Assembly: GCA_943787795.1 (NCBI GenBank)
Contig: CALSNU010000004.1
Coordinates: 192,001-256,000 of the forward strand
Source: an uncultured bacterium
Lineage (GTDB): Bacteria; Planctomycetota; UBA1135; GCA-002686595
Length of the DNA stretch: 64,000 bases
Reading direction: 5' to 3'
The notes beneath the pieces were generated by a model. The model was not told the DNA's origin. It made no database searches and saw only the letters and a list, made by a program, of their open reading frames with translations. The position numbers were made by a program, and so were the translations under genes. This document shows, piece by piece, positions 47,186 to 56,550 of this stretch. The stretch's first letter is position 1; each line of letters begins with the position of its first letter.

Positions 47186-48211
47186 TCAGGCCGGCAGTTC
47201 GAAGACTGAAACCCGGGTCTCCTCCGCGAGCAGCCCCGCGCCGTCGACGACCTGGAACGCGACCTTCTCGTCGAGGCCCGGCACGGTCCAACTCCCGAGG
47301 GTTCGCCCCGAGAGACCGTCCACGGCTTCAAGGTGGGCCTGCCGCTCCAGGTAGAACTTCGAGCTGTCCGCGGTGACCGAGACCTCGGGGAGGTCGTCCA
47401 CCGGCCGCGTCTCCAGGATGCGATACCAGAGGGGCTCCTCCCCCGCCGAGGCGTCCGCCCGCAACGCTGCGATGCTCAGCGTGTCGCGGGGCCCCTCGTC
47501 GGGGTGAGAGGCCAGCTGCAGCATGAAGTCCATGCGGTTGTCGTCACCGAGGAGGAATTCGAGCTCACAGGTCACGATCGCCACAGCGGCGCCCGCGGCC
47601 GCGATCCCTCGGATCAGCGGCATGACCGGCTGGAGCAGGTAACCCTCGAAGCTCCCGCTCTTCGCGTTGAGCCGGACGACGCCGTACTTGCCCGACTCCG
47701 TACTGGAGATGATCACGTAGACGTGGGCTCCGCTCAGCGCGAGCCCGTGATACCGCTCTCCCTCCCGGCCGTAGCGCCAGCTCTCCTGGAGGTCGAGGGT
47801 GTCGAGGCCCCAGACGGACCTGGCGTTGGCGCAGACCACCACCTCGGAGTGGACCACGGCGTCGTCGAAGGGCTCGATGTCGTTGGATTCGAGGAGCTCC
47901 CCGTCCGCCATCGCCATGCGCACCATCCGGTGCCCGCCCTGGCTCGGCCCCAGCACGATGACCTGGCCCTTCTGACCGAGGCCCGCGCCGAAGCCGCGCC
48001 CATAACCGACCTCACAGGGGGCGATCCACAGTCGCTCTCCGGTGCTCCGGTCGAAGGCCCCGAGCTTGCCGGGGATGACGTCGTCAATCCACTTGCCACC
48101 CGCCGGCGGATCGTAGCCGTGGAGCAGCACGGGACCGGTCGAGGCGAAGGCAATGCCATCCACCTCGGAATCAAGCTCTCGGCTCCAGCGTCTCTTGGCC
48201 GTGGTCGTCAT
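47186..48211 (-). CDS. Hypothetical PQQ-like beta-propeller protein
   Basis: Repeated 'AFD..TGE.LW' and 'AVDGLSGRTL..W' docking motifs; TAGACT lies 7 nt upstream of ATG 48211. Confidence 0.7.
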   Translation of the reverse strand: MTTTAKRRWSRELDSEVDGIAFASTGPVLLHGYDPPAGGKWIDDVIPGKLGAFDRSTGERLWIAPCEVGYGRGFGAGLGQKGQVIVLGPSQGGHRMVRMAMADGELLESNDIEPFDDAVVHSEVVVCANARSVWGLDTLDLQESWRYGREGERYHGLALSGAHVYVIISSTESGKYGVVRLNAKSGSFEGYLLQPVMPLIRGIAAAGAAVAIVTCELEFLLGDDNRMDFMLQLASHPDEGPRDTLSIAALRADASAGEEPLWYRILETRPVDDLPEVSVTADSSKFYLERQAHLEAVDGLSGRTLGSWTVPGLDEKVAFQVVDGAGLLAEETRVSVFELPA

Positions 48212-48358
48212 GGCGGAGAGTCTACCCCGGACGCGCTGGAACACCGCGCGCCCGGAGCAATGAGCGGCACGTTTGAGCGGAGCGCGTGGCCCGCTCCCCC
48301 CGTAGAACGAACGACGAGACCTCGAAACCGCCGGCGGCTTCCGCTACACCCTCGTCCC

Positions 48359-49060
48359 ATGGGCACGAGGAACGAGCGCGCGACCGAGGATCCAGAGCGC
48401 CGGGTCGAGGATCCCGACGGGCACCTGGCAGAGATCCCGGCAGGCTGGGCCCTGCTCGCCCCCGGCGACCCCGCGGCCACGCGCCGGGTCAAGGCCGCGG
48501 GCGATCACCGCGTCATGAGCACCCGCAAGGGGCGCCGACGGATCAGCCTTGGCGTTTGGGCTCCCCCGGCCACGATCGAGCGCGTGCAGGAGGACCTCGA
48601 GAGCGAGCGCGCCGACCCGTCCTATCAGCGGCGACTGGACGCTGGCCGTGCCCGCCGCGCCCGGGAGCAGGCCGCCTATGAGCAGGAGTTCCTCGCCGAG
48701 GTCCTGGCCTTCCTGGACTTCGCCGACGCCCATGAGCGCCTGGCGGCGAAGGTTGCGGCGGCCATCACACGCCACGCCGTGCCCGTGGGGAGCGGAACCG
48801 TGGCGCGGACGCAGCGCATCGCCGTCGACCGGCGCGCCGAGGCCGCCACCATCGCCTGGCTGCGCCACCAAACGACGGCCTATGACCAGATGAAGATCGC
48901 CCGCGTCCGTGGCCGGCGCCGAGAGGTCCGCCGGGAGCTCGCCCGGCACTCCCGAGCCCTGCTGGACCGGTACCGCAGGGGCGAGACCGTGAGCGGAGGC
49001 CGTTGCGTCCTCCAGCAGGCCCTCTCGGCGCGCCCCGCGACGGATGACACCACCACCTAG
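48359..49060 (+). CDS. DUF2293-like protein
   Basis: PAGWALLAPGDPAATRRVKA, VGSGTVART, AEAATIAWLRHQTTAYD. Confidence 0.8.
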   Translation: MGTRNERATEDPERRVEDPDGHLAEIPAGWALLAPGDPAATRRVKAAGDHRVMSTRKGRRRISLGVWAPPATIERVQEDLESERADPSYQRRLDAGRARRAREQAAYEQEFLAEVLAFLDFADAHERLAAKVAAAITRHAVPVGSGTVARTQRIAVDRRAEAATIAWLRHQTTAYDQMKIARVRGRRREVRRELARHSRALLDRYRRGETVSGGRCVLQQALSARPATDDTTT

Positions 49061-49109
49061 GCCCCGCCGCCCAGGCACACATCACCAAGGCCCCCCCGCT
49101 GGGCACCAG

Positions 49110-49230
49110 CCGCAAGGCACCACCCGCAAGGCACCACCGCTTGGGCCTGCGCCGCTGAGGGCGCGCTCGTTCGGGCAACGCCGCAGAGGAGCCGAACTGC
49201 AGAGGAGCCGAGCTGCAGAGGAGCCGAGCC
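49110..49230. repeat. Two short tandem arrays: CCGCAAGGCACCAC x2 and GCAGAGGAGCCGARCY x3
   Basis: Copies at 49110-49137 and 49183-49230. Confidence 0.85.
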
Positions 49231-49284
49231 GCAAAGAGGCTAGGGTCGCGGTGGAGCCGGGCTGAGGCGGAGCAGATTCCCAGA

Positions 49285-49432
49285 GGAGGCTCCCCCCAAG
49301 GGGTAAGCGTTTCCCCTCAACCGTCCCAACCTGGCGACAGAACCACCGCCCCACGGCGTAGTTCTCCGCGGCCGGTGGTGACTCAACTCCCATCGCCCAA
49401 CTAGGCTCAAGTCGGGCCCCTCTTGGGCCTCC
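49285..49432 (-). ncRNA. Candidate structured ncRNA, 6S RNA (ssrS)-like long hairpin with central bubble
   Basis: Nested complementary segments GGAGGC/GCCUCC, CCAAG(A)GGGG/CCCCUUGG, GGCGAUGGGA/UUCUGUCGCC, ACCACCG/CGGUGGU and CCGCGG/CCGUGG; G-U pairs favour the minus strand. Confidence 0.45.
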
Positions 49433-49444
49433 GATCCGTTGACC

Positions 49445-51394
49445 ATGAGGAGCAGACTCGCCGTCACGACCGCCCGCTGCGCGGTGCTACTCTTCATCCC
49501 GATCGTGGTCGGGAGGATGACCGCCGACGCCGCCTCGGCGCCTTTGACCTCGCTCAGCGCCGCAGACCTCGCCGTCACGAGGCACGACTTGCACGCGGCG
49601 GACAAGCAGGTCATCGAGCTGCTGTGCGTGGAATGCCACGATGGCCCGGAGGCAGAAGCCGGCTTCGACATCGGCCGCCTCGTCGCCTCGGAACAGGTCG
49701 CCGAGGACCTCTTCGAGTGGCGCAGGGCCCGGGCCATGATCGAGTCCAACGCGATGCCTCCGCCCATGCGTTCCGGCCGGGGCGGTGGCCTGGACGAGGA
49801 GGACCGCCGGGCGGCCCTCTCCTTTCTGGACGTGGTCGAGCGCGAGGCCCTCGCGCGCGGTGGCGCGGCCGGCGAGGAGCCTGCGCGTCGCCTCACCCGG
49901 GACGAGCTCGCCCACGCCCTCCAGGACCTCCTCGCCGTCGACCTGGACGTCGCGGCGCTCATGCCGCCGGAGCTGATCGCCGAGAACAGCTTCGACACCA
50001 ACGGCGCGACGCTCTTCATTCACGGGCAGTGGCTGCAGCGGGCGGATATCGCCGTGCGCGTGGCGGTCGACGCGGCTGTCCCCGACGGCTCCCTGGCCGC
50101 GGGACGCCCCCTCCCCACCCTGCCCGCCCTCCTCCGGCGCGCCTTCCGACGCCCACCGACGGCCGAGGAGCTGGAGCGCTACGGTCAACTCGAGACAGAT
50201 CGGCTCGCGGCAGGTGCGACCCCGGAGGGCGCCCTCCGGCAGACGCTGACGGCGATCCTCTCCTCCCCGCACTTCCGGCTCCGGCTGGAAGATCTGCCGC
50301 CCGAGGTGGACGGCGCTGGGGAGCTGGAGCGCCAGCCGCTCGAGGCCAGCGAGCCCGAGCGCGCGGTCAGCCCCCACGGACTCGCGAGCCGGCTCTCGTT
50401 CTTGCTCTGGTGCGCTCCGCCCGACGACCGCCTCCTGGACCTCGCGGACGCCGGCACGCTCGCGGACCCCGAGGTCCTCGCGACCGAAGCCGCGCGCCTG
50501 CTGGAGGACCCCCGCGCGCTGCGCTTCGCCCGGAGCTTCGCGGGGCAGTGGCTCGGCACCCGCCGCGTTGGGCGGGAGCTCAAGCCGGATCCCATCGACA
50601 ACCCCGCCATGACCGACTCGCTCATGGCGGACATGCGCGACGAGGTGGCGCGCTTCTTCCTCCTGCTCCTGCGGGAGGGGGCCCCACTAGACGACCTGCT
50701 CCTCGGCCGCGAGACATTCCTCACCGAGGAGCTCGCGCGCTTCTACGGGGTCGAGGTCGTTGGGGTCGAGGTCGTCGGGGGCGGGGTCGCCCGGACCGAG
50801 GTCCCCGAGCGGCGCGCCGGTCTCTTCGGCAAGGCGGCGGTGCTCGCCGCGACCTCCTACCCCGATCGCACGAGCCCCGTCTTGCGCGGCGCGTGGATCC
50901 TCGACGACCTGCTCGGGACGCCGCCGCCCCCTCCTCCGCCCGGCGCCAGCGAGATCGATGAGGAGACCTTCGAGGCCGCCGAGGAGCTTGGCGCCCGGGC
51001 CATCCTCGAGCTGCACAGGGCCTCCCCGGCCTGCGCCTCCTGCCACGACCGCATCGACCCGCTGGGGTTCGCGCTCGACGGCTTCGACCGGTTCGGCCGC
51101 CGCCGCGGCCGCGACGACCTCGGCCAGCGAGTGGATGAGCGCGGGGCGCTCCCGGGCGGGCCCACGTTCAAGGGACCCGAGGCGCTCTCGCGCGCGATCC
51201 TCACGCACCGCCGCGCCGAGCTGTCCCGCGAGATCGCCCGGCGCCTGCTGCGGTTCGCACTCGGGCGCCCGCTGGAGTGGTCCGATGAGCGCACCGTGGT
51301 CGAGCTCGGCGCGGTCCTCAGCGACCGCGGCTTCGGCGCGCTGCTGGAGTCCTTGATCGCCTGTCGACCGTTCACGAGGGTGACCCTTCGATGA
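49445..51394 (+). CDS. Planctomycete-type cytochrome c protein with DUF1587/1595/1592/1588/1585 domains
   Basis: CVECH and CASCH heme motifs, RRLTRDEL, LASRLSFLLW, FAGQWL, RTSPVLRGAW, IDPLGFAL. Confidence 0.9.
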   Translation: MRSRLAVTTARCAVLLFIPIVVGRMTADAASAPLTSLSAADLAVTRHDLHAADKQVIELLCVECHDGPEAEAGFDIGRLVASEQVAEDLFEWRRARAMIESNAMPPPMRSGRGGGLDEEDRRAALSFLDVVEREALARGGAAGEEPARRLTRDELAHALQDLLAVDLDVAALMPPELIAENSFDTNGATLFIHGQWLQRADIAVRVAVDAAVPDGSLAAGRPLPTLPALLRRAFRRPPTAEELERYGQLETDRLAAGATPEGALRQTLTAILSSPHFRLRLEDLPPEVDGAGELERQPLEASEPERAVSPHGLASRLSFLLWCAPPDDRLLDLADAGTLADPEVLATEAARLLEDPRALRFARSFAGQWLGTRRVGRELKPDPIDNPAMTDSLMADMRDEVARFFLLLLREGAPLDDLLLGRETFLTEELARFYGVEVVGVEVVGGGVARTEVPERRAGLFGKAAVLAATSYPDRTSPVLRGAWILDDLLGTPPPPPPPGASEIDEETFEAAEELGARAILELHRASPACASCHDRIDPLGFALDGFDRFGRRRGRDDLGQRVDERGALPGGPTFKGPEALSRAILTHRRAELSREIARRLLRFALGRPLEWSDERTVVELGAVLSDRGFGALLESLIACRPFTRVTLR

Positions 51395-52728
51395 CCTTCC
51401 CTGTCCTCCGCCCCTTGGCGCGGCGCACCTTCCTGCGCGGTGCCTGCGCCACGATCGTCGCCCCCTACCTCGAGGCCCTCGCGCCCCGGGGGAGCGCGCC
51501 GCCCGTCCGCGCCGCGTGGCTCTACTTCCCCAACGGCGTCGCCGACGGGTCCTGGGCGCCCAGCGCGGATCGCGGGGGGAGGCTCCGGCGATTGAACGAG
51601 ACGATGGCGCCGCTGGAGCGGCACCGGGAGCGCATCGTCATCCCCCAGAGGGTGTTCACCCCCCGGGGGAACGGGCACGGGGCGGGCACCGCCACCTGGC
51701 TCACCGGAGCGGACTGGGAACACCGGGAGCTCAACGCCCACGGCCCGAGCATCGACCAGGTGATCGCCCGCGAGTTCGCCGACGAGCACGTCGTCCCCGC
51801 TCTGACCATCAGCGCCAGGGGCGAGGGCTTCTTCGCCGCTGATGTCCCCCGCAACACGATGTCGTGGGCGGCCCCCGGTCGCCCCGTCTTCCGCGAGACC
51901 GACCCGCGGGCCGTCTTCCAGCAGCTCTTCGGCGGCGGCCCCTCCGCAGACACGAGCCTGCTGGATGACCTCAAGGACCAGGTCCGCGCGCTCCAGCGGC
52001 GCGTGTCCCAGTCCGATCGACGGCAGCTCGACGCCTACCTCGACGCCATCCGCACCCTGGAGCGCCGCATCGCCTTTGTCCAGGACGAGGCCACCGCCCG
52101 CCGGCTCGCCCGAGCCTCCGAGCTCGGGCTCCCCTTCGACCCCGCGCGCCCGATCGAGGCGGTCCCCGAGGACCACGGCGAGTACCTCGACCTCCTCCTC
52201 GATCTCGTGGCCCTCGCCCTGTGGTCCGGGGCCTCCCGCTGCGCGTCGTTCATGCTCGATCACGGCCAGTCCAACCGCTACTGCACGTTCGTCCCCGGCG
52301 TGCGCGGCACGTGGCACGCCCTCTCTCACTGGAAGGACACCTCAGGGAAGACCGAGGACGACGACGGCGTCACGAGCTGGAGCTCTCGCCGCTCCAAGCG
52401 CGAGATGTACGACGCGGTCGTGACCTGGCACCACGAGCGGGTCGCCCGCTTCCTGGACCGCCTCGCCTCATTGCCCGAGACCGGCGGCTCCCTGCTGGAC
52501 CAGTCGATGGTCATGTACGGCTCCTCCATCTCCGACGGACACGAGCACGGCGAGCGGGACCTGCCCGTCCTCATCGCGGGCGGCGCGGGCGGCGCCGTGC
52601 GCGGCGGCCGGCTGCTGCGCCAGCGCCGCGAGACCCCCCTCGAGCGGCTGCACCTCGCCACCCTCCGCGCCACCGGCGTGAGCGCGGACAAGTTCGGCGA
52701 CGAGGACTCCCCCCTCGACCTGACCTGA
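51391..52728 (+). CDS. DUF1552 (HXXSHH) family Tat-exported protein
   Basis: RRTFLRG Tat motif, YFPNG, SIDQVIA, WHALSH, SLLDQSMVMYGS, DLPVLIAGG; overlaps the upstream gene. Confidence 0.92.
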   Translation: MTFPVLRPLARRTFLRGACATIVAPYLEALAPRGSAPPVRAAWLYFPNGVADGSWAPSADRGGRLRRLNETMAPLERHRERIVIPQRVFTPRGNGHGAGTATWLTGADWEHRELNAHGPSIDQVIAREFADEHVVPALTISARGEGFFAADVPRNTMSWAAPGRPVFRETDPRAVFQQLFGGGPSADTSLLDDLKDQVRALQRRVSQSDRRQLDAYLDAIRTLERRIAFVQDEATARRLARASELGLPFDPARPIEAVPEDHGEYLDLLLDLVALALWSGASRCASFMLDHGQSNRYCTFVPGVRGTWHALSHWKDTSGKTEDDDGVTSWSSRRSKREMYDAVVTWHHERVARFLDRLASLPETGGSLLDQSMVMYGSSISDGHEHGERDLPVLIAGGAGGAVRGGRLLRQRRETPLERLHLATLRATGVSADKFGDEDSPLDLT

Positions 52729-52747
52729 GGCGCGTCCCAGACACCGA

Positions 52748-52784
52748 GAGAGCCCCCTGTCCGCATGGCGGACAGGGGGCTCTC
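52748..52784. terminator. Perfect 17-bp inverted repeat, probable bidirectional terminator
   Basis: GAGAGCCCCCTGTCCGC-ATG-GCGGACAGGGGGCTCTC between convergent DUF1552 and fusA genes. Confidence 0.8.
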
Positions 52785-52824
52785 GGAGTCCAGGGCGGTG
52801 AGGCCCCAGATCAGCCGGCGGGGA

Positions 52825-54939
52825 TCACTCCCCCATCAGCTTGGCGGCGATGCCGGCCGGGACGTCGCGGTACTCGGAGAGCTCCATGGAGAACTGCCCA
52901 CGGCCCTGGGTCGAGCCCCGGAGCGCCGAGGAGTAGGCGAACATCTCGGCGATCGGGACCATCGCGTGCACGAGGCGGATGTCGCCCTGGTGCTCGATCT
53001 CCGCGATCTCGCCGCGGCGCGAGTTGAGGTCACCGACGACTGAGCCGACGAACTCCTCCGGAACGCTGACCTCGACCTTCATGATCGGCTCGAGGAGCAC
53101 GGTGTTGTTCTCGATCGACTGGCGGAAGGCCAGGTTGCCAGCGGCGCGGAACGCCATCTCGCTCGAGTCAACGTCGTGGCTCTTGCCGTCGTAGAGGCGC
53201 GCCTTCGTGCTGACGAAGGGGATGCCCGTGTTGCCGCCCGTGGTGAACATCTCCTCGAGGGCGCTCGCGACGCTCGGGATGTACTCGCGCGGGACCGCGC
53301 CACCCTTGATGCCGTCGACGAATTCGAAGCCGCTGACCTCGGGGTCGTACTCGATGACGACGCTGATGACGGCGTACTGACCGGAACCACCCGACTGACG
53401 GATGTGTCGAGCCTGGGTGTCGATCTGCTTCTTGATGCGCTGCTTGAACGCCACCTTGGGACGGCCGGTACGAACGTCACACTTGTGATCGTTCTTGATC
53501 CGGTTGACCATGATCTCCAGGTGGAGCTCGCCCATGCCGGAGATGATCAGGTCGCCGGTGGCCTCGTTGGTGAAGGCCTTGAAGGTCGGGTCCTCGCGCA
53601 TCATCCGGCCGATGATCTCGCTCAGCTTGTCGCGGTCGGTGGCCTTCTCGGGCTCGAGCGACATGGAGATGACCGACTCGGGGAAGGACATCTTCATCAG
53701 CTGGATCGGGTGGTCGTCGTCACAGAGCGTGTCGCCGGTCACCGTGTTCTTGAGGCCGATGATGGCCGCGATGTCGCCAGCGGGGACCGAGTCAACGGCC
53801 TCGCGCTTGTTGGCGTGGACGCGGACGAGGCGGCCGATGCGCTCCGTCTTGCCGGTGCGCGGGTTCTGCAGCTTGGAGCCCTTCTCGAGGGTGCCCGAGT
53901 AGACCCGGACGAAGGTCATGTCGCCCGTGGGCTCCGCGACCGTCTTGAACGCCATCAGGGACACGTAGTCGTCCGGCGTGGGCTTGCGGGTGATCTTCTC
54001 TTCCTTGCGGGGCAAGGTGCCCTCGACGTCGCCGAGCTCGGCAGGCGCCGGGAGGAAGTCGAGGGCTGCGTCGAGGACGAAGCGGACGCCCTTGTCCTTG
54101 AGCGCGGAGCCGGCGAGGACCGGCACGCAGTTCATGGCGAGGGTCTCGGCGCGCAGGCCCATGATGATCTCGTCCTCGGTGAGCTCTTCGCCCTCGAGGT
54201 ACTTGTTCATCAGGTCGTCGTCGCCGGTCGCGGCGGCCTCGACGAGGTTGTGGCGCGCCGCCTCGGCGGCCTCCTTGTGCTCCTCGGGGATCTCGCCCTC
54301 CATGTAGGAGCGACCGCCGTCCGTGGAGTCATCGATGAACTCGACGTACTTCATCCGGATCAGGTCGACGAAGCCGGCGAACTCCTTCTCGGCGCCGATC
54401 GGCAGCTGAATCGGGACCGGGTTGGCGCCGAGGCGCTCGCGGATGGTGCCGACGCTGAACTCGAAGTTCGCGCCGACCTTGTCCATCTTGTTGATGAAGC
54501 AGATCCGGGGGACGCCGTAGCGATCAGCCTGACGCCAAACGGTCTCGGACTGCGCCTCAACACCCTGCTTGCCGTCGAACACCGCGACCGCGCCGTCGAG
54601 GACGCGGAGCGAGCGCTCCACCTCGACCGTGAAGTCCACGTGACCCGGCGTGTCGATGATGTTGATGACGTGGTTGTTCCACTCGCAGGTGGTCGCCGCC
54701 GACTGGATCGTGATGCCGCGCTTCTGCTCCTCCTCGAGGAAGTCCATCGTGGCGTCGCCGTCGTGGACTTCGCCGGTCTTATGGACCATGCCCGTAAGGA
54801 ACAGGACGCGCTCGGTGACGGTGGTCTTCCCGGCGTCGATGTGGGCCATGATCCCGATGTTGCGCTTCAACGAGGGGTCGTTCTTCTTGGCCGCGAATTG
54901 ACGCGGGGAGACGTTCTTCTTCTCCACGGTGGTGCTCAT
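52825..54939 (-). CDS. fusA: Translation elongation factor G
   Basis: [61 protein letters not shown]. Confidence 0.97.
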   Translation of the reverse strand: MSTTVEKKNVSPRQFAAKKNDPSLKRNIGIMAHIDAGKTTVTERVLFLTGMVHKTGEVHDGDATMDFLEEEQKRGITIQSAATTCEWNNHVINIIDTPGHVDFTVEVERSLRVLDGAVAVFDGKQGVEAQSETVWRQADRYGVPRICFINKMDKVGANFEFSVGTIRERLGANPVPIQLPIGAEKEFAGFVDLIRMKYVEFIDDSTDGGRSYMEGEIPEEHKEAAEAARHNLVEAAATGDDDLMNKYLEGEELTEDEIIMGLRAETLAMNCVPVLAGSALKDKGVRFVLDAALDFLPAPAELGDVEGTLPRKEEKITRKPTPDDYVSLMAFKTVAEPTGDMTFVRVYSGTLEKGSKLQNPRTGKTERIGRLVRVHANKREAVDSVPAGDIAAIIGLKNTVTGDTLCDDDHPIQLMKMSFPESVISMSLEPEKATDRDKLSEIIGRMMREDPTFKAFTNEATGDLIISGMGELHLEIMVNRIKNDHKCDVRTGRPKVAFKQRIKKQIDTQARHIRQSGGSGQYAVISVVIEYDPEVSGFEFVDGIKGGAVPREYIPSVASALEEMFTTGGNTGIPFVSTKARLYDGKSHDVDSSEMAFRAAGNLAFRQSIENNTVLLEPIMKVEVSVPEEFVGSVVGDLNSRRGEIAEIEHQGDIRLVHAMVPIAEMFAYSSALRGSTQGRGQFSMELSEYRDVPAGIAAKLMGE

Positions 54940-55137
54940 CGGAAGTACAGGGAGCGCAGAGACGCACTCGGGTCTGGAGACGCTTAGTTAGGGAGACGCG
55001 GTCCGGAGAGCCGGGTGGCTCCGACGGATAGCGACGGCGGATGGGTTTCGACGCGGGGAGAAGCAGACAGAGGAAGCGGCCGATGGCCGTGCCCCTGATC
55101 GTCCTCTCGACATCAGAAATCCGAGATTGAGCGTAAG

Positions 55138-55165
55138 AGGGTAGGCATGTGGGGGCCTCCGTCAA
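55138..55165 (-). promoter_or_regulatory. Putative sigma70 promoter of fusA (TTGACG-N16-TACCCT)
   Basis: Read on the minus strand about 200 nt upstream of the ATG. Confidence 0.5.
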
Positions 55166-55244
55166 GCAGCGAACGTCCTCCCTGAGGACTCCTCTCGGTG
55201 AGGGCCACGGTCACGCGGCCTCGTCCCTGCCGACCTGGGCTGGC

Positions 55245-56468
55245 CTACGCCTGGGGGCGATTTCGACCCAGCGACTCATGCGCCGCCACGAATTCGTGGC
55301 TCGCGAAGGCTGCCAGGAGCGACAGATCGCCCGCGAGAACGGTCCCTGCGGCGATCTCAGCCAGGGTGATCACCTTCCCAGGGCCCGCGCAGCCCATCAC
55401 CCGGAGGGCCTCCAAGGCGGTGCCCTGACCGCTCCCCCCCCCCACAGAGCCCAGGAGCAGGCTCGGCAGGGTCAGGGTCGCGTGGAGGTCCCCGCCGCCG
55501 TTCACGTCCAGGTCGAGGAGCCCGGTCGCGCATTCGGTGACGTAGGCCACGTCCTGCCCGCAGGCGAGAAAGAGCGCCGCCAGGGTGTTGGCGGACTGAA
55601 TCGTCCAGTTCTGAGTCCCGAGGTGGGCGAAGCCTGCCGCGTAGGTACGCATCACCCGGACCATGGCCTCCGGCGTGGTCCGCGCCTTCTCGGCGAGCAG
55701 GGTGCGGCTCACGGTCGCCTCGGCGACCACGCTGCGACCGCGCCCCTCCACGAGGGCCCGCGCGTTGGCCCGCTTCTCCACGTCCTGGCCGTGGACGTGG
55801 CGCTCCACCGCCCCGGTGCGCTCCGCGAGATCGGCGCAGCACAGCTCGGCCCCGTGCGCGGCCATGTTGATGCCGATCGCATCCCCGGTCGTGAAGAGCA
55901 GCCGCAGGACGAGCCTGCGTCCCAGGACCTCGGGCTCGACCCGCACCAGTCGGCCGTGGGTGGTGATCGAGGCCACCAGGCCCTGGAACCGCTCGAGGCT
56001 CTCCGCCGCGACCTTCGCCGCCGCCAGCGCGGGCTCGATGCCCTCGTAGACCAGCATCGGGTGCTGGGAGAGCTCGTCGCGGGTGACCCGCGCGCGGACC
56101 CCGCCGCTCGCCCGCACCAGGCCCATGCCGCGCGACGTGGAAGCCACCAGGGCCCCCTCGGTCGTCGCGAGCGGCACGAGGACCTCCCTCGCGCCGTGGG
56201 TCCCGTCCAGGAGCAGGGGGCCGGCGAGCCCCACGGGCACCTGGGCCCAGCCCACCATGTTCTCGATGTTGCCGCGCGCGGCCTCCGGCGCCACCGGCGC
56301 GCCGCCGAGGTGCGGAAGCGGCTGGCCCGCGGCCCGCTCGGCGAGCTTGAGCCGCGCCTGGAGCCAGCCCCGAGAGGGCTCCTCCTCCCTGGGTCCCCGC
56401 GGGATCTGCATCGGACCAGGCGCAGGCTCGCTGCTGGAGTGCTCGGGGGGCTCGCTGGGCTCGTTCAT
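55245..56468 (-). CDS. Class I HMG-CoA reductase-like protein (divergent substrate pocket)
   Basis: IENMVG..VPVGLAGP, PLATTEGALVAS..RG, TGDAIGINM, GRGRSV, ACGQDVA, GSVGGG, AGDLSL, C-terminal AH. Confidence 0.88.
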   Translation of the reverse strand: MNEPSEPPEHSSSEPAPGPMQIPRGPREEEPSRGWLQARLKLAERAAGQPLPHLGGAPVAPEAARGNIENMVGWAQVPVGLAGPLLLDGTHGAREVLVPLATTEGALVASTSRGMGLVRASGGVRARVTRDELSQHPMLVYEGIEPALAAAKVAAESLERFQGLVASITTHGRLVRVEPEVLGRRLVLRLLFTTGDAIGINMAAHGAELCCADLAERTGAVERHVHGQDVEKRANARALVEGRGRSVVAEATVSRTLLAEKARTTPEAMVRVMRTYAAGFAHLGTQNWTIQSANTLAALFLACGQDVAYVTECATGLLDLDVNGGGDLHATLTLPSLLLGSVGGGSGQGTALEALRVMGCAGPGKVITLAEIAAGTVLAGDLSLLAAFASHEFVAAHESLGRNRPQA

Positions 56469-56550
56469 TGCTCGCGTGGCAGGCTACTCGCCCGCCCACC
56501 GATCCGATAGCGTCTGGGGACCCCAGGTCTCCCACCGCCCCCCCCACGCC

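Noticed and set aside
54988..55113. 41-codon uORF in the fusA leader (minus strand) as an attenuator peptide
   Set aside because: It lacks coding-like codon bias, a ribosome-binding signal and any evident alternative terminator structure; likely chance.
20037..56468. Leucine -> methylcrotonyl-CoA carboxylase -> HMG-CoA -> mevalonate pathway linking the carboxylase operon and the HMGR-like gene
   Set aside because: The loci are over 30 kb apart, no hydratase or dehydrogenase genes are present, and the HMGR pocket looks altered.
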